Shown here: in pieces, positions 39,401 through 52,904 of the stretch
How positions within the stretch are numbered: the stretch's first letter is position 1
Layout: each line of letters begins with the position of its first letter
Assembly (NCBI RefSeq): GCF_009834535.1
Contig: NC_045732.1
Coordinates: forward strand, 23,312,001 to 23,376,000
Source: Camelus ferus
Lineage: Eukaryota
DNA: 64,000 nucleotides
Reading direction: 5' to 3'
Notes under the pieces: model-generated
Told to the model about the DNA's origin: nothing
The model's database searches: none
Seen by the model: the letters and a program-made list of their open reading frames with translations, nothing else
Translations under genes and position numbers: made by a program

Positions 39401-41903
39401 CTGATTCCTCCCAAACTATTCAGTTTGTAGAGAAATTAACAGGGAGCCTGACAGTGACCGTGACACTTCTGTTTCTCTTTCAGCCTGTATTCTTTCTCTC
39501 ACTGTCACACACATACCTACGAACACACACATATTACATGTGTACGTTGTTACAAGTTGGCTTCCGTTTTCTTAGGCCCATGTCTTACTGGATTAAAACA
39601 CATCTTAGAAATAAAGTTCAAAATCTAATTGGTAAGGAGGAGAAAGGACACAGTTTCCGATATTTCCCTGTCTCTTGTCTTGCCAGAGCTTCCTGTGTGA
39701 TGTGAACTTGTTGGAGAATGGTCCTCATGTTCCTGCACTGGGCACTAATGATGACCTCGAAGATTATCTTGGTAGAGGTCAAATGATGAGGGGAGAGAGG
39801 CTGTCTGGCATTCTCTCTCTAAAGAGAGCTGGCAGCAAGTGATGCTGAGATTTGGGGCTGAAATTAATAGAGAAACTTGAAGAATCTTGTTCATGCCGCC
39901 TGCCCCCAATCCCATGTTAGCTGGTCTTGACACGTTTTCACTGCCCAGACTCTCTCTCTGTTGCTCTCTTGCCTCTGCGTGGCGTGAATTCAACAAGAAT
40001 GAAGGTTTGCTCAATAAGACAAGGGACATTACAGAGATCACAAATGACAGCCAGGGCACTACATCTCCAGCTCCAGGGAAAGGAAGACGTGCTTACCTGG
40101 TCTGGGCATAGTGTGTTCCAGGGGTTGCGGAACCCCATGCAGTCAGGGCATTTCAGAACTGCCCTTGTTTGTTAGTGAGGCAAGATGGTTGGGAGGCAGG
40201 GCCTGGATCTAGCCCGGGGTGCTGAGGCTTTTGTTTGGGTTCTGCAGTCTTCACCCCTCCTCAGGGGAAATCCATTGGCCTGTCCTTGCCAGTCTCCCTC
40301 TCGTTCCTTCTTAGGACTCAATTTGTGCAGCTGTAAAAGGGAGATGAAAAGGTCTGAGATCAGCCCGCTCCACAGCAGTTTGGGGAAATGAATAAAAAAA
40401 AAATCTCACATTGACCTATTTCAATGATATATTGCTAGCTTAACACTCTTCTGAGATGTAGTAGCTTAAAAGAAAGCAACTTATTATTTCTCATGATTTA
40501 ATGTGAGTATAAAATGAGTTAATGTATGCAGAACCCTGAGCCCAGTGCCAGGCACCGAGTTGGCACCCCATAAGTAGGTGTTACCCCTTATAATGCAGAG
40601 GATGACCTTGCCCATGAGAATGTCCTGAGGCTGTGTGCCATTTCCACGTTACGCAGTGGAGCAGCACAGGAGAACTTTGGGCCTGCTTGGCGCTAGGGCC
40701 TCTCCTAAAGTGTGTGGGGCCCCTGCCAAATATTTTGTGTGGGACCTCTATCTATGTAAGCAATTCAGTGAAAAGTGGATTACAAAAATTCATGGACCCA
40801 TGTGAGATATAGCAGTTTATTGATGAAGATTGGGGATAGTGGGTAGAGATGCAGTATATACATATTTGTTTATTGTCAGATCAATACATGTGAAGATTCT
40901 TTCTCGTGTCCAGCTATAATCTCTACTTGCTCTGGTGGCTCTGGTGTAGGTACCCTCTATTAGTGTTTTTTATTGCCAGATGCACCATTCCTGGATAATA
41001 TCACTTTTCCACCCCCTCCTTCCTTCATGGGAAAGAGATAGACTCAGTATCATGGCTCTTTGAAACCTGTTTATATTGGAACTGCAGAGATCTTACTGCC
41101 CTCCAGGTCCCTAGAACCCTTTACTTAAGGCTGACTATTTCATTACCTCTGACACTGCATCAGCCATCATATTGCCTTAGATACTGGCTTCCAGTGACTC
41201 TCTCAGATGTTGTTTACTGTACTTTGTTGATGCTGGACAGACTTATTCAAAATATGCAGGAAAGTGTGAATGATAAGTCATTTTCTGCTCATGTTAAATT
41301 TACCTTTCAGAAGTTTATAGTATAAAGGCACAAAGACAAATTGTTCAACTGTGTGTTCTCTTGAACTCTTTAGGCCATAATCACTGCATTCCTAGAGTGA
41401 TCTCTTTCAGTGTCGATTAGCATCCTGGGTGTCAGTGGTGGGGGTGGAGAGGGTAAATATGCCTGCTGCTACCCCTGTAAACCAGAGGGGGTGGTTGACA
41501 CATGTACTCACACATGTGGCTCAAGCTTCTTTCTGCTCTACCTATAATTTTCCCTCTCCTCTTGAATAGACTTACTGGCTGGAAAAATGAAGAAGGTTCT
41601 TATCAATAAGTTACAGCATTGACCTGGGATGTTACTAAAGTATAGTGAGGGAGTTGGGGAGGGAGTAGTTCAAGAAACTTAAATGAAAGGGGTATGTGTT
41701 TTTCTTATTAGCATTTGACTGTATTAGGTATCTGAGGAGGAAACTGGTTTATCCAGGGACTCTGGTGGTATAGCTTCTTAGAAGTGGTCTCCATTGCTGA
41801 GCATGGGAAAAAAAAAATACTAGAACTCCTATTTGTATTTACATTTGGCTAAAAAAAAGTGGGAAAAAAACCAAGAAGAAGCAAATTAAGCTTTTCTAGT
41901 ATT

Positions 41904-42080
41904 TAGGGTTGCCAGATAAAATACAAGATGCTCAGTTAAATTTAAATTTCAGATAAACAACAATCCTTTCGTATAAGTATGTCCCAATGGGGTATACTTA
42001 TACTGAAATAATTGTGTTATTTGTCTGACCAAATTTAACTAGGCAGCTGATAGTTTTATTTTCAAAATATGGCAACTCTA
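41904..42080. mobile_element. MER53 palindromic hAT MITE
   Basis: tagggttgccagataaaatac...tatggcaactcta, with a perfect 8-bp TSD ctagtatt at 41896-41903 and 42081-42088. Confidence 0.93.
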
Positions 42081-43134
42081 CTAGTATTTAATATCCAGAT
42101 GGACACAGATATCCACACTCAGCCTATATGTTACTTGGTTACCTCTCATATATCCTGAAGGAAAAGAGGAGTTGACAGTGGTCCCATGACTCATGTATGT
42201 GTTTTCAGGAAGCTGCCACTTACTGAAGCTTACATGTACCTGATTAAGGGCCTTATGGATAGCATCTGTTTTCTAAACATTATTATTATTACAGATATTT
42301 AGTTAAAGGTACTAGATTTTTTACAGCAGGTATTACCAAGTTTTAAAATGACCCTTACTTCTTCCATTTGGATCTATGTATCTCTGTGAGATCTTTCTCT
42401 TTCTCTCTTGTTTTTTCGCTGCCATAGCTTTAAAATCCAAGTTTCAAAATAAACTGAATTTAGCACAAGACTTTTGAACTAAGCTAAATTAAAAAATAAA
42501 AAAGCATGCTTGACCATATTGCTCTCAAAATTTTCATATTTTCCCAGTAAGAGCAAAAGTGACTTTTGTACTTTTAATAAATAAAGCAAAATTCAGCACA
42601 ACTTTAAATAATACTGCATTTTCATTTTTAATGCTTTTAAGATTTTAATTTTGGGAGCATGTTTTGTAATGTGATAATATATTAGCCTAAGTACTTTATA
42701 AATAAAGGTACAGATACTTGGGGGTGTGCAAAAGTATTTTATATGGGTAGGATGCTTGATCCAAACAGTTTGGAGACCCCTGGCTTAAAGTACTGTTTTA
42801 GAAAGGGGTGGTGGTGGTGTGGATTTGTCTTAGTGGAAGTACCAACTCGCCTTAAGAAAAATTGTTTGTTTTTAAATTGCTATCAATAACACTATTGCGA
42901 TTGGACAAACTGAAAAGTTTCACCAGATTTATATACTTTGATGCTCAAAGGAGAAAAGTTTGGAAGCCCTTTAATATCTATGTAAAATCTCCAGAAGAGT
43001 GGCCATGTTTCCTTGGGAGAGTAACTCAGAACCCTTTGTTGCAAAGACCTGGTGGTTTACAAGAAGACTTCATTCCTTAGTTCCTGGATGCCTTGCATTC
43101 ATAGGGAATTTACCCAGTGCACTGTGCTTTTATA

Positions 43135-43440
43135 CACATAAGGATACAAACTTCTAGTCATAAGATGAATCATAAGATGAGTAAGTTCTGGGGATTTAAT
43201 GTATAGCATGATGATTATAGTTAACAGTACCGTACTATATACTTGAAAGTTGCTAAAAGAGTAAATCTTGTATGTTCTCATCCCTCCTCCCCAAAAGGGT
43301 AACTATGTGAGGTGATGGAGATGTTAGGTAACCTTTCTGTGGCAATCATTTCAGAATATGTACATGTATCAACTCATCAAATTGCACACCTTAAACTTGT
43401 AGTGTTATATATCTATCTCAATAAAGCTGGGGAAAAGAAG
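43135..43440 (+). mobile_element. L1MA-type 3' end
   Basis: ggatacaaacttctagtcataagatg...gaaagttgctaaaagagtaaatctt...ctcaataaagctggggaaaa. Confidence 0.88.
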
Positions 43441-44664
43441 TGGGTGGGGAAGGGCAAATCTCAATAGGGGGTGAAAACCAAGTATGATTCCAGAAAATCT
43501 CTCATGGGAGCATTTGCATTCTGGGCTCTGGGGTTCTTCTATGGAGTGGGAGGTTCTGGAGGACACAGCCCAGCCTGGCAGCTATAGAAAGAAATGATCC
43601 CAGGGGCTGTATTCATTGCTCTGGATATCAGTGGCAGGCATCCAGGAGAGGGTGACATGATTGACTGCAGTGTCCAGAGTGACGGGCATATACTCATCAC
43701 AGCCAGATCCCCCACCACACGTCAGAGCTGGAGCAGCAATGCCCTCACAACTGCAGCAAGAGAGGAGCCTCACAGCACGGGTGGCAGGAAGCTTGGCAGC
43801 CTCACGGATGTCTGCAGATACCTTTCACTTAGGCAGTTTGGCAGTGCAGTGGTGCATGGAGACAGCATCCTGGGTTTGCTTGGGAAATATTGGCCTTGGA
43901 AGCAGACTTCTCAGGTTGGAATCTTGAGACCAAGGCTTAAAACAGGGTGGGAAGGGCCATCGCATTTCCNNNNNNNNNNNNNNNNNNNNNNNNNNNNNNN
44001 NNNNNNNNNNNNNNNNNNNNNNNNNNNNNNNNNNNNNNNNNNNNNNNNNNNNNNNNNNNNNNNNNNNNNNNNNNNNNNNNNNNNNNNNNNNNNNNNNNNN
44101 NNNNNNNNNNNNNNNNNNNNNNNNNNNNNNNNNNNNNNNNNNNNNNNNNNNNNNNNNTGTTCCCCACCCCACCCCCTAATCCAACAAGATTAAAATAGTA
44201 TAAAGAGAAAAATGAGATGCAGCAGCATTTCATGCAAGAAGGGATTTGTTCCCTGTGAGAATCCATTAATGACCCATGTTTTATCTTATGGACAACTAGG
44301 CATAGCAGTTTCTAGCTGTGAAACTCTTTTTGTAGTCACTGAGACTGTTTACTCTCTGCCCAGACTTCAGCACTTATATGTAGATAGGACACTGAGAAAT
44401 AGGAGACAGGGAACAACGAGAAACATTTAACCCACTCTACTCTACACATAGTCTTAGTGCTGACCATGCAAAGGCAGCACATAAAAGGCAAAAGAAATGA
44501 GTTTGAAAAGAAACCCTTTGTCTTTCAAGAGCAACTTCTCTTCAGCTCTATGAGTAATTTCTCTTCTAGCTGACAAAGTTCCAAATCCTCCAGATGAGGG
44601 TTTAAAGGTGTCAAATAACAGGAGTCACATGCAAAGAGTTGAAAGGGAAAGACACTCTTAGATT

Positions 44665-44857
44665 CATGGCTCTGTCCAACAGAATTTTCTTTGATGATGG
44701 ACATGCTCTAAATCTGCACTGTCCAGTGAGAAAGCCACTGACCACCTGAGGCTATTTACATTTTAATAAATTAAAGTTTAATTTAATTTAAAATGTAGTT
44801 CCTTGGTTTAAATTAAATGGCCATATGTGGCTAGTGACTACTGGATTGGGGAGTGTT
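44665..44857. mobile_element. MER3 hAT MITE
   Basis: ctgtccaacagaattttctttgatgatggacatgctctaaatctgcactgtcc...ggccatatgtggctagtgactac. Confidence 0.88.
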
Positions 44858-45639
44858 GTTAGAAATTCAGAAAGAAAGGATGATTTTCATTATTGAAAAA
44901 TCACCAAATGGCAATTTTATCTTTAATGCTTCACTTTACTATTTTTTTCTGGTGTCAGCGTTGCTCATCTGGAAGTCACCCCGTGGGTTACCAGAAGCAA
45001 TGTTTTACTTAATAGTTCTAATAATAATGTATCTGAGGGGCTCCGAGCACTCCACAGACATCATCTCATTAATTCCTCCAAACTCCCAGTGGGACAGGTG
45101 GAGAGTACAGATAATTATGCTTAATTTTATAAAAGAGGAAAACAAACACTAGTCTAAAATGTAAATTATTAGCAGTGAAGGCCCTTCTGGAATCCTACTG
45201 TTGTCTTTTTTTGCTTCCTTTGTCATTTATAGCAAGAACTTAGTGTTTTCTCATGTCAGGAAAAAACATCCTCAAACATGTTAGGATTAAGTGAAAAAAA
45301 CCACCACATCCAGTTATATATAGAATATTGTTTGATTAGCATTAGGCTAAAGCAGCTAAATATTTATTTCCTTCTCATTCCCACCACAAGACTTTGGATT
45401 GTACTTTACTTCTGAGTAACCAAGATAATTGGAATATGCTATTTGACTAGAGTAGCAAACGTTCCTCAACTTTTGTTTGCCTTCCTTCATGACTCTTGCA
45501 GGGATATAATATACTTTTTATTTTAGAAATATATTTCTTTATGCATGGTTTTTGTGAGAGTGACCTGGAAGCATAGAGATACGCTAACCAAAGATTCATA
45601 GGAACTGATGAGCTCCATGAACCCTCTTTATTCATACCA

Positions 45640-46260
45640 TGGATATTTGTGAAGCCCCTAATATGAGTCAGTAAGTGTGCCTGGGACTACGTATACAAAG
45701 TGAGCAAAACCAGACAAGTTTCCAGCACTTCTGCTTAAGGAGCTGACAAATATTAATCAAATAATCAAGATAATATATGTATAACTTCATCTACAGCAGG
45801 TGCGATGGAGGAGGGGTTACCTGGGCTTGTAACGGGTAGAGCTGATACTGTCAGAGAGACCAGGGATAGTTTGTCTTGAATAGGGGGCCAAGAAGTAGAG
45901 GATGAGTAGGGATCAACTAGATGAAAGACAGAATGAAGAGAGCATTCTAGTTACAAGGAACAGCACATGCAAAGTCCCTGAGTTAACGTGGAGCATGGTG
46001 AGTAGGAGGGACTGAAAGAAGGCTGTTGTTGGGGAAATACACAGAGAGAAAGTGAGTTGGGTACCTGAGAGGGTTGGAGAGATTGGCAGAAGCTAGACCA
46101 GATAGCACCTGCAGACTAGTTTAAGTAGCTATATATTGTGAGCAATGGGTGCCATTGAAGGGTTCTTGGTGGGGGCTGCAACTCATGACTGAATTACACT
46201 TTCAGAAGATCATATTGGTTTATTGTGGTGAGTAGGGAACAGTTTGAAAAGTGATCATAA
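45640..46260 (-). mobile_element. L2 fragment
   Basis: gagcattctagttacaaggaacagcacatgcaaagtccctgag...gccattgaagggttctt. Confidence 0.8.
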
Positions 46261-46829
46261 CAAGAGGTAGTATGGAGCTGATTTAGAATTTTTTTTGCAC
46301 CTAGATTTATTCTGAGGCTGTTGGGCAGCCTCAGAACTTGCACTTAACCACATTCTTCATCTATTACATGAAGTCTTTGGCCTAATGGGATGCCCTTACA
46401 TTTCTGATAGAGCTCATAATAGCAATGGTAGGTGGGGGAGTGAGGAGGTCCTGGCCTACTGTGTTGCAGTAAAACCTGTGACTGATGATTTTAGCATCTT
46501 AGGGTCTTTTCTTTTTCCTTCTGTGTTGCTAGTTATCTGCAGAAAAGGTAAATACCATTATTTTCTTTTTCACTTTGATGTCTTGAATCCTTCAACATAG
46601 GCTGATTTGAAAGTACAATTTCAAATTCCTGTCCTGCAGGGTTTTTGTCTTACTGTGTTTCAGACTTTTGAGACCAACTACAAATCTAATACAAGGGTTT
46701 CTGGGTTCATGCTTGAAATATGATAATTTCAGGTGATTTATATAATAAAAAAGGAAAAATATCCTAAGGTTCTATTGTGCTTTTTTGTTTGTCTATTACA
46801 GTACCTGTTCATACTGAGTTGCATTACAG

Positions 46830-47160
46830 TTATTTACACACACACACATTACACTCTTTGTACAGCCTCACCTGCCTTCCCTTTCACCTCCTACTCATCC
46901 TTCAGATTTCATGTTATTATCACTTCTTCAGGGAAGGTTTCTCTAACCTCTCTAACTAGGATGCTTCCCTATTTTGTATGCTTTTGTGGCACTGTGATCA
47001 CTTATACTAACTCCTCTGCTGTTTGACTAGTGTCTGCCTGCTGGATGGGGAGGTTGCTGGAGTCTTGGATCTTGCCCTGATTGTGCTAACCACTGGGTCC
47101 TCTGCACTAGCACAGTGCCCATCATAGAGGAGGCACTTACTCAGTGTTTGCTAATGAATG
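46830..47160 (+). mobile_element. L2 3' end
   Basis: catcacttcttcagggaaggtttctctaacc...cacagtgcccatcatagaggaggcacttactcagtgtttgctaatgaatga. Confidence 0.75.
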
Positions 47161-47914
47161 ACTATACTCACATGAATGTCCTTGAGGTCAGGGAATTTTT
47201 ACTTCCTCATTGACCTGCCTGTTTCTCCCAACAGTTGAAGAATTGATATAAGCTTCCATAAGTCTTGGAAACCAGGCCCCCATCTCACCTTGGTGCATGT
47301 TGGCTCTGGCAGCTACTGCAGCCCTAGGTGGCTCCTGTGGCCCATGTGGCATTCTTGGTACCAGGCCCCCAGCTTACCCTGGCACCTGCAGATTTCAGTG
47401 GCCCCAGGCAGCTCTTGTAGCCCTGGGTTCCTGATGGGCTTTTGAAAACTCAAGCTCCTGCACAACCTCTCTGGCTTCCTGAGAACCCAGACTACCAGCT
47501 GGGTTCTGGCCCTGGCTGGTTGCCGTGGCCCAGGCAGCTCACATGCCACCAGACTCCTGGCATATCCCAGCACTAGCCAGCTCCTGTGGCCCTGGGAAGT
47601 TCCCTCAGGTTCTCAATCAGCCCCTGTGAACCTAGGATCCAGGTGGGCATCTGTGAACTCAGGCTTCTGTTCAGACTGAGCACCAGGCCTATTCCATGGA
47701 CCTAGTCATCAGGCTGGTCCCTGTGTACCCATGTACCAGGCCTACCCACCTGCTGACCCAGGCACCAGATCCACCTGCCTAAAGACTTTTAGCAGCAAGC
47801 CTTCCCACCAAAATGACGAGATGGCCCACCCAGAAGCTCTGGAAGGCTGACTTGTGAAAGGCTTTGCCTGCCAAGCCAGTTTGTAAAGATTAGAAGAGTT
47901 GTTTACTTCCTCAA

Positions 47915-48900
47915 ATGTGCAGACATCAGTGTAAGGCCATAAGGATCGTGAATAATCGAGGAACCATGACACCATCAAAGGGAACTCTAATAAAACTCTA
48001 ATGATTGGTTGTAAAGAAATAGAGAACTATGAGCTGTCTGACAAAGAATTCAGAATTACCTCTTAAAGAAATTCAGTGAACTACAAGAAGACACAGATAG
48101 ACAACCAAATAATTGTAGGAAAACAACACATGACCAAATGAGAAGTTGAACAAAGAAACAGAAAACATTAAACATAACCAAACCGAAATCCTAGAGTTGA
48201 AGAAAATAGCAACTGAACTGAAGAATTCAATAGAGAGATTCACAAGCAGACTTGACCAAGCAGAAGAGACAGTTAGTGAACTTGAAGACAGGTCATTTGA
48301 AATCATTCAGCAGATAAGCAAAATGAAAAAAAGTAAAGGTAGTCTATGTGAATTAAGGGACACTATTAAAAGAAACAATCCATGCATCATTGGAGTCCCA
48401 GAAGGAGAAGAGAGGGAGAAAGGAGCAAAAAGCTTATTTAATATAATGGCTGAGAACTTTTTAAATATGGGGAGAGATTTCAACATTCAATTTCATGAAG
48501 CTAATAGGTCACCCCAAAATTTCAACCCAAAATGATCTTCTCCAAGATACATTATAATAAAACTATCTAAACTCAGACAAATAGAGAATTTTTAAAGAAG
48601 CAAGAGACAAAAAAAAAACAAAAACAAAAAACAAAACCTCACATATAAGGGAACCCCCATAAGTTTATCAGTGGATTTCTCAGCAGAACCTTACAGTCCA
48701 AGAGAGAAGAGGATGATAAATTCAAAGTGCTGAAAGAAAAAAACTACCAATCAAGAATAGTTCATGCTGCAAAGTTGTCTTTCAAGAATGAAGGAGAGAT
48801 AAAGACTTCCCCAAACAAGCAAAAGCTAAGGGATTTTATCACCACTAGAGCTGCCTTACAAGAAATGCTGAAAGGAATTCTTCAAGCTAAAATGAAAGGA
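47915..48900 (+). pseudogene. L1 ORF1p remnant
   Basis: ORF 48146-48535 reads ...EILELKKIATELKNSIERFTSRLDQAEETVSELEDRSFEIIQ...DTIKRNNPCIIGVPEGEEREKG..., broken by stops and frameshifts. Confidence 0.92.
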
Positions 48901-49384
48901 CACTAATTAGTAACATGAAAACATATGAAAATATAAAACATGCTGGTAAAGGTAAGTATATAGTCAAATTCAGAATACTCGAGTAATGTAATATGGTGGT
49001 ATGTTAATCACTTAACTGTAGCATAAATGTTTAATGGACAAAAGAATTCAAAATAATTTCAGCTACAATAATTTGTTAATGGATATACAATATAAGAAGA
49101 GGTAAAATTATGACATCAAAAGCATGTAATATGGAGAGTAGTGAAAGGGTAGAGTTTTTCTATGCAAGTAAAGTTGTTTTTATCAGTTTAAAACAGAATG
49201 TTGTATCTAAAAGATTTTTTTTGCAAGCTTCATGGTAACCACAAAGCAAAACCCCACAGTAGACACATGAAAGATAAAGAGAAGAAAGTCAAAGCATACT
49301 AGTATGGAAAATCATCAGTTTACAAAGAAGTCAGCAAAAGAGGAAGAAAGGAACAAGGAAACTATAAAAGAGCCAGAAAATAAC

Positions 49385-51690
49385 TAATAAGATACCATTA
49401 GCAAGTTCTTTTTTTTTATTAATAATTACTTTAAATGTAGATGGATAAAGTTCTCTGATTAAAAGGTATAGAGTGGCTGACTATAATAAAAAAAAAAGAC
49501 CCAACTATATTCTGCCTTCGAAAGACTCACTACAGCTTTAAGGACACACATAGGCTCACAGTAAAGGGATGGAAAAAGATATTCATGCTAAAAAACAAAA
49601 TAGAGCAGGGGTAACTATACATCACTTTAATAGAATGAAAGATAAAAATCATATGATCATCTCAATAGATGCAGAAAAAGCATTTGACAAAAGTTAATAT
49701 TCTTTCANNNNNNNNNNNNNNNNNNNNNNNNNNNNNNNNNNNNNNNNNNNNNNNNNNNNNNNNNNNNNNNNNNNNNNNNNNNNNNNNNNNNNNNNNNNNN
49801 NNNNNNNNNNNNNNNNNNNNNNNNNNNNNNNNNNNNNNNNNNNNNNNNNNNNNNNNNNNNNNNNNNNNNNNNNNNNNNNNNNNNNNNNNNNNNNNNNNNN
49901 NNNNNNNNNNNNNNNNNNNNNNNNNNNNNNNNNNNNNNNNNNNNNNNNNNNNNNNNNNNNNNNNNNNNNNNNGATCTTATATATATAGCAAGCCCTAAAG
50001 ACTCCACCAAAAAACCTATGGAATTAATTAAAGAATTCAGGAAAGCCGTAGGAGACAAAATTAACATAAAATCAATTGTTTTTCTATTTAGTAACAATAA
50101 ACTGTGTGAAAAAGAATTAAAGAAAACAATCCCATTTACGATATCATCAAAAATAATAAAACACTTAGGAATAAATTTAACCAAGAATTTAATCAAAAGA
50201 TCTGTATAGGGAAAGTTACAAGAAATTGATGAAAGAAATTGAAGACACAAATAAATAGAACAATATCCTGTGTTCATGGATCAAAAAAAATGATGTTGTT
50301 ATTATGTCCGTACCACTGCAAACCATCTATAGATTCAAACAATCCCTATCAGAATTCCAATGGCATTTTTCACAGAAATAGAACAAACAACCCTAACATT
50401 TGTATGGAACTGTAAAAGACCCTGAATAGCCAAAGAAATCCTGAGAAGGAACAAAACTGAAGGCACTACACTTCCTAATTTCAAACTTTATTACAAAGCT
50501 ATAGTAATCAAAACTTTATGGTACCAGTATAAAAACAAGCACGTAGATCAGTGGAACAGAACAGAGAGGCAGAAACAAACCCACATATGTACAGTCAACT
50601 GTTTTCTGACAAGGGTGCCAAGAGCACACAATGGGGAAAGGATGGTTTCTTCAGTAACTATTGAAGTTACTGTGGTGTGGGGAAACTCAATATTCACTTG
50701 CAAAATAGTGAAATTGGATCCCTATTTTTACACCACTCACAAAAATTAACTAGAAGTGGATTATACCCTTAATGTAAGACCCATATCTATAAAACTACTA
50801 GAGGAAAACATAGGGGAAAAGCTCCTTGACATTGGTCTTGGCAATGATTTTTTGATTATGACACCTCAAGTGCAAGCAATAAATGTAAAAATAAAGTGGG
50901 ACTACATAAAACTAAAAAATTTTTGCACAGTGAAGGAAACAATCAGCAAAATGAAAAGTCAGTCTACAGAATGCGAGAAAATAATTTTCAAACCTTCAGT
51001 CTGATAAGGANNNNNNNNNNNNNNNNNNNNNNNNNNNNNNNNNNNNNNNNNNNNNNNNNNNNNNNNNNNNNNNNNNNNNNNNNNNNNNNNNNNNNNNNNN
51101 NNNNNNNNNNNNNNNNNNNNNNNNNNNNNNNNNNNNNNNNNNNNNNNNNNNNNNNNNNNNNNNNNNNNNNNNNNNNNNNNNNNNNNNNNNNNNNNNNNNN
51201 NNNNNNNNNNNNNNNNNNNNNNNNNNNNNNNNNNNNNNNNNNNNNNNNNNNNNNNNNNNNNNNAGGCNNNNNNNNNNNNNNNNNNNNNNNNNNNNNNNNN
51301 NNNNNNNNNNNNNNNNNNNNNNNNNNNNNNNNNNNNNNNNNNNNNNNNNNNNNNNNNNNNNNNNNNNNNNNNNNNNNNNNNNNNNNNNNNNNNNNNNNNN
51401 NNNNNNNNNNNNNNNNNNNNNNNNNNNNNNNNNNNNNNNTATCTGTACCCCCATATTTGNNNNNNNNNNNNNNNNNNNNNNNNNNNNNNNNNNNNNNNNN
51501 NNNNNNNNNNNNNNNNNNNNNNNNNNNNNNNNNNNNNNNNNNNNNNNNNNNNNNNNNNNNNNNNNNNNNNNNNNNNNNNNNNNNNNNNNNNNNNNNNNNN
51601 NNNNNNNNNNNNNNNNNNNNNNNNNNNNNNNNNNNNNNNNNNNNNNNNNNNNNNNNNNNNNNNNNNTATGTTCTCACCTATATGTAGAGT
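49385..51690 (+). pseudogene. L1 ORF2p remnant (endonuclease start joined to reverse transcriptase; partly in N gaps)
   Basis: Endonuclease N-terminal sequence (attactttaaatgtagatgg...) is followed at ~49625 by [14 protein letters not shown], then ELIKEFRK... and IKLLEENIGEKLLDIGLGNDF... Confidence 0.9.
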
Positions 51691-52249
51691 CTAAAAAAGC
51701 TGAATTCATAAAAATAGAGAGTAGAGTGGTGATTGCCAGGGACTTGGGAGTTGGGGAAATGGGGAGATAGTGGTCAAAGGGTACAAACTGCAACTTTAAG
51801 TTGAATAAGTTTTGGAGATCGAATGTACAGTATATGATGATTATAATTAATAATACTGTATCATTTATATTCTTGAAAGTTGTGAAGACAGTAGATCTTA
51901 AATGTTATCACCACAGTAAAATGGTAATTATACTGCAGTGATGGAGGTGCTAACTAACCTTACTGTGGTAAACATTTCACAATATATATGTGTATCAAAT
52001 CATTGCACAGTATACCTTAAACTACATATGTTATATGTAAATAACATCTCAATAAAGCCGCAAAAAAGAATTGATTTAAAACCTGTATTATTGATTTCAG
52101 CTATCTCACATGTAATTTTCAGCAGAGATGCCAATATCCAAGTGGGTATAGCTTGCCATTTATTATAAATATATTATAGTCCGTCTAAAAGGGGAACAAG
52201 ATACTGAACAACATAAAATATACAGGAATATAGTGAAATCCTTAAAAGC

Positions 52250-52470
52250 CTGGATTCTGAAGCTAAACTATTAGGATTCAAATCACAGTTCTGGTGCTTA
52301 CTAGCTGCATGGTCATGTGCAAGTTACTTAACCTCTCTGTGCCTTAGTTTCCTTATTTGTAAAATGGAGATAATGATTTCTGCCTCAAATAATGCTATGA
52401 GTTGTAAATGAGTACATTTATGTAAATCATTTACAGTGATGCCTTGCATAAGTGTTAGCTGTTGTTATTA
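52250..52470 (+). mobile_element. MIR SINE
   Basis: gtgcaagttacttaacctctctgtgccttagtttccttatttgtaaaatggagataat. Confidence 0.9.
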
Positions 52471-52904
52471 TGTGACTGTTATTAGGGAAAAAAAGACTGG
52501 CTATGTCATGTTCTTTAGGCCATAGAGCAAAAATGTTCCAGTTCCTCCATGGCTCCATTTGTTTTTTTTTTTTAAGTTGAAAATGAGGAGCTCTACAGTG
52601 TTCTCAGTTTATCCCTTTTCTCAATACACTGATTTGATTTTTTTCAGTTCCCACATTTTAATATCATGCACATGGTAATGGAATTGTATTGTTTTTCCCA
52701 CCAAAGTTTACTGCAAATGCTGGGAAGTCAGTGATAACTGAGGATACTGAGATGACACTGATAGTATCAAATTATTTGGGAAGTTTTAAAAAAAGGGTGT
52801 GGGTGGGCCCCACGGCTGCTGAATTAGGTTCCCCAGGGGAAGTGAATGGGTGTGTATGTGTGTTTGGGGGCATGTGGAAACCACTGGGCTAGGGGCAACA
52901 GGTC

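Larger units (their letters stand above)
47252..52065 (+). mobile_element. Degenerate L1 (L1MA9/L1MB-like) with 5' UTR, ORF1, internally deleted ORF2 and 3' end
   Basis: GC-richer 5' region, ORF1p and ORF2p remnants and an L1MA-like 3' UTR ending aataaagccgcaaaaaa. Probable TSD aagaattgat(a/t)taa at 47238-47251 and 52066-52079. Confidence 0.9.

Noticed and set aside
43594-44193. 199-aa plus ORF
   Set aside because: About a third is N, and the called part has no recognisable homology or splice context.
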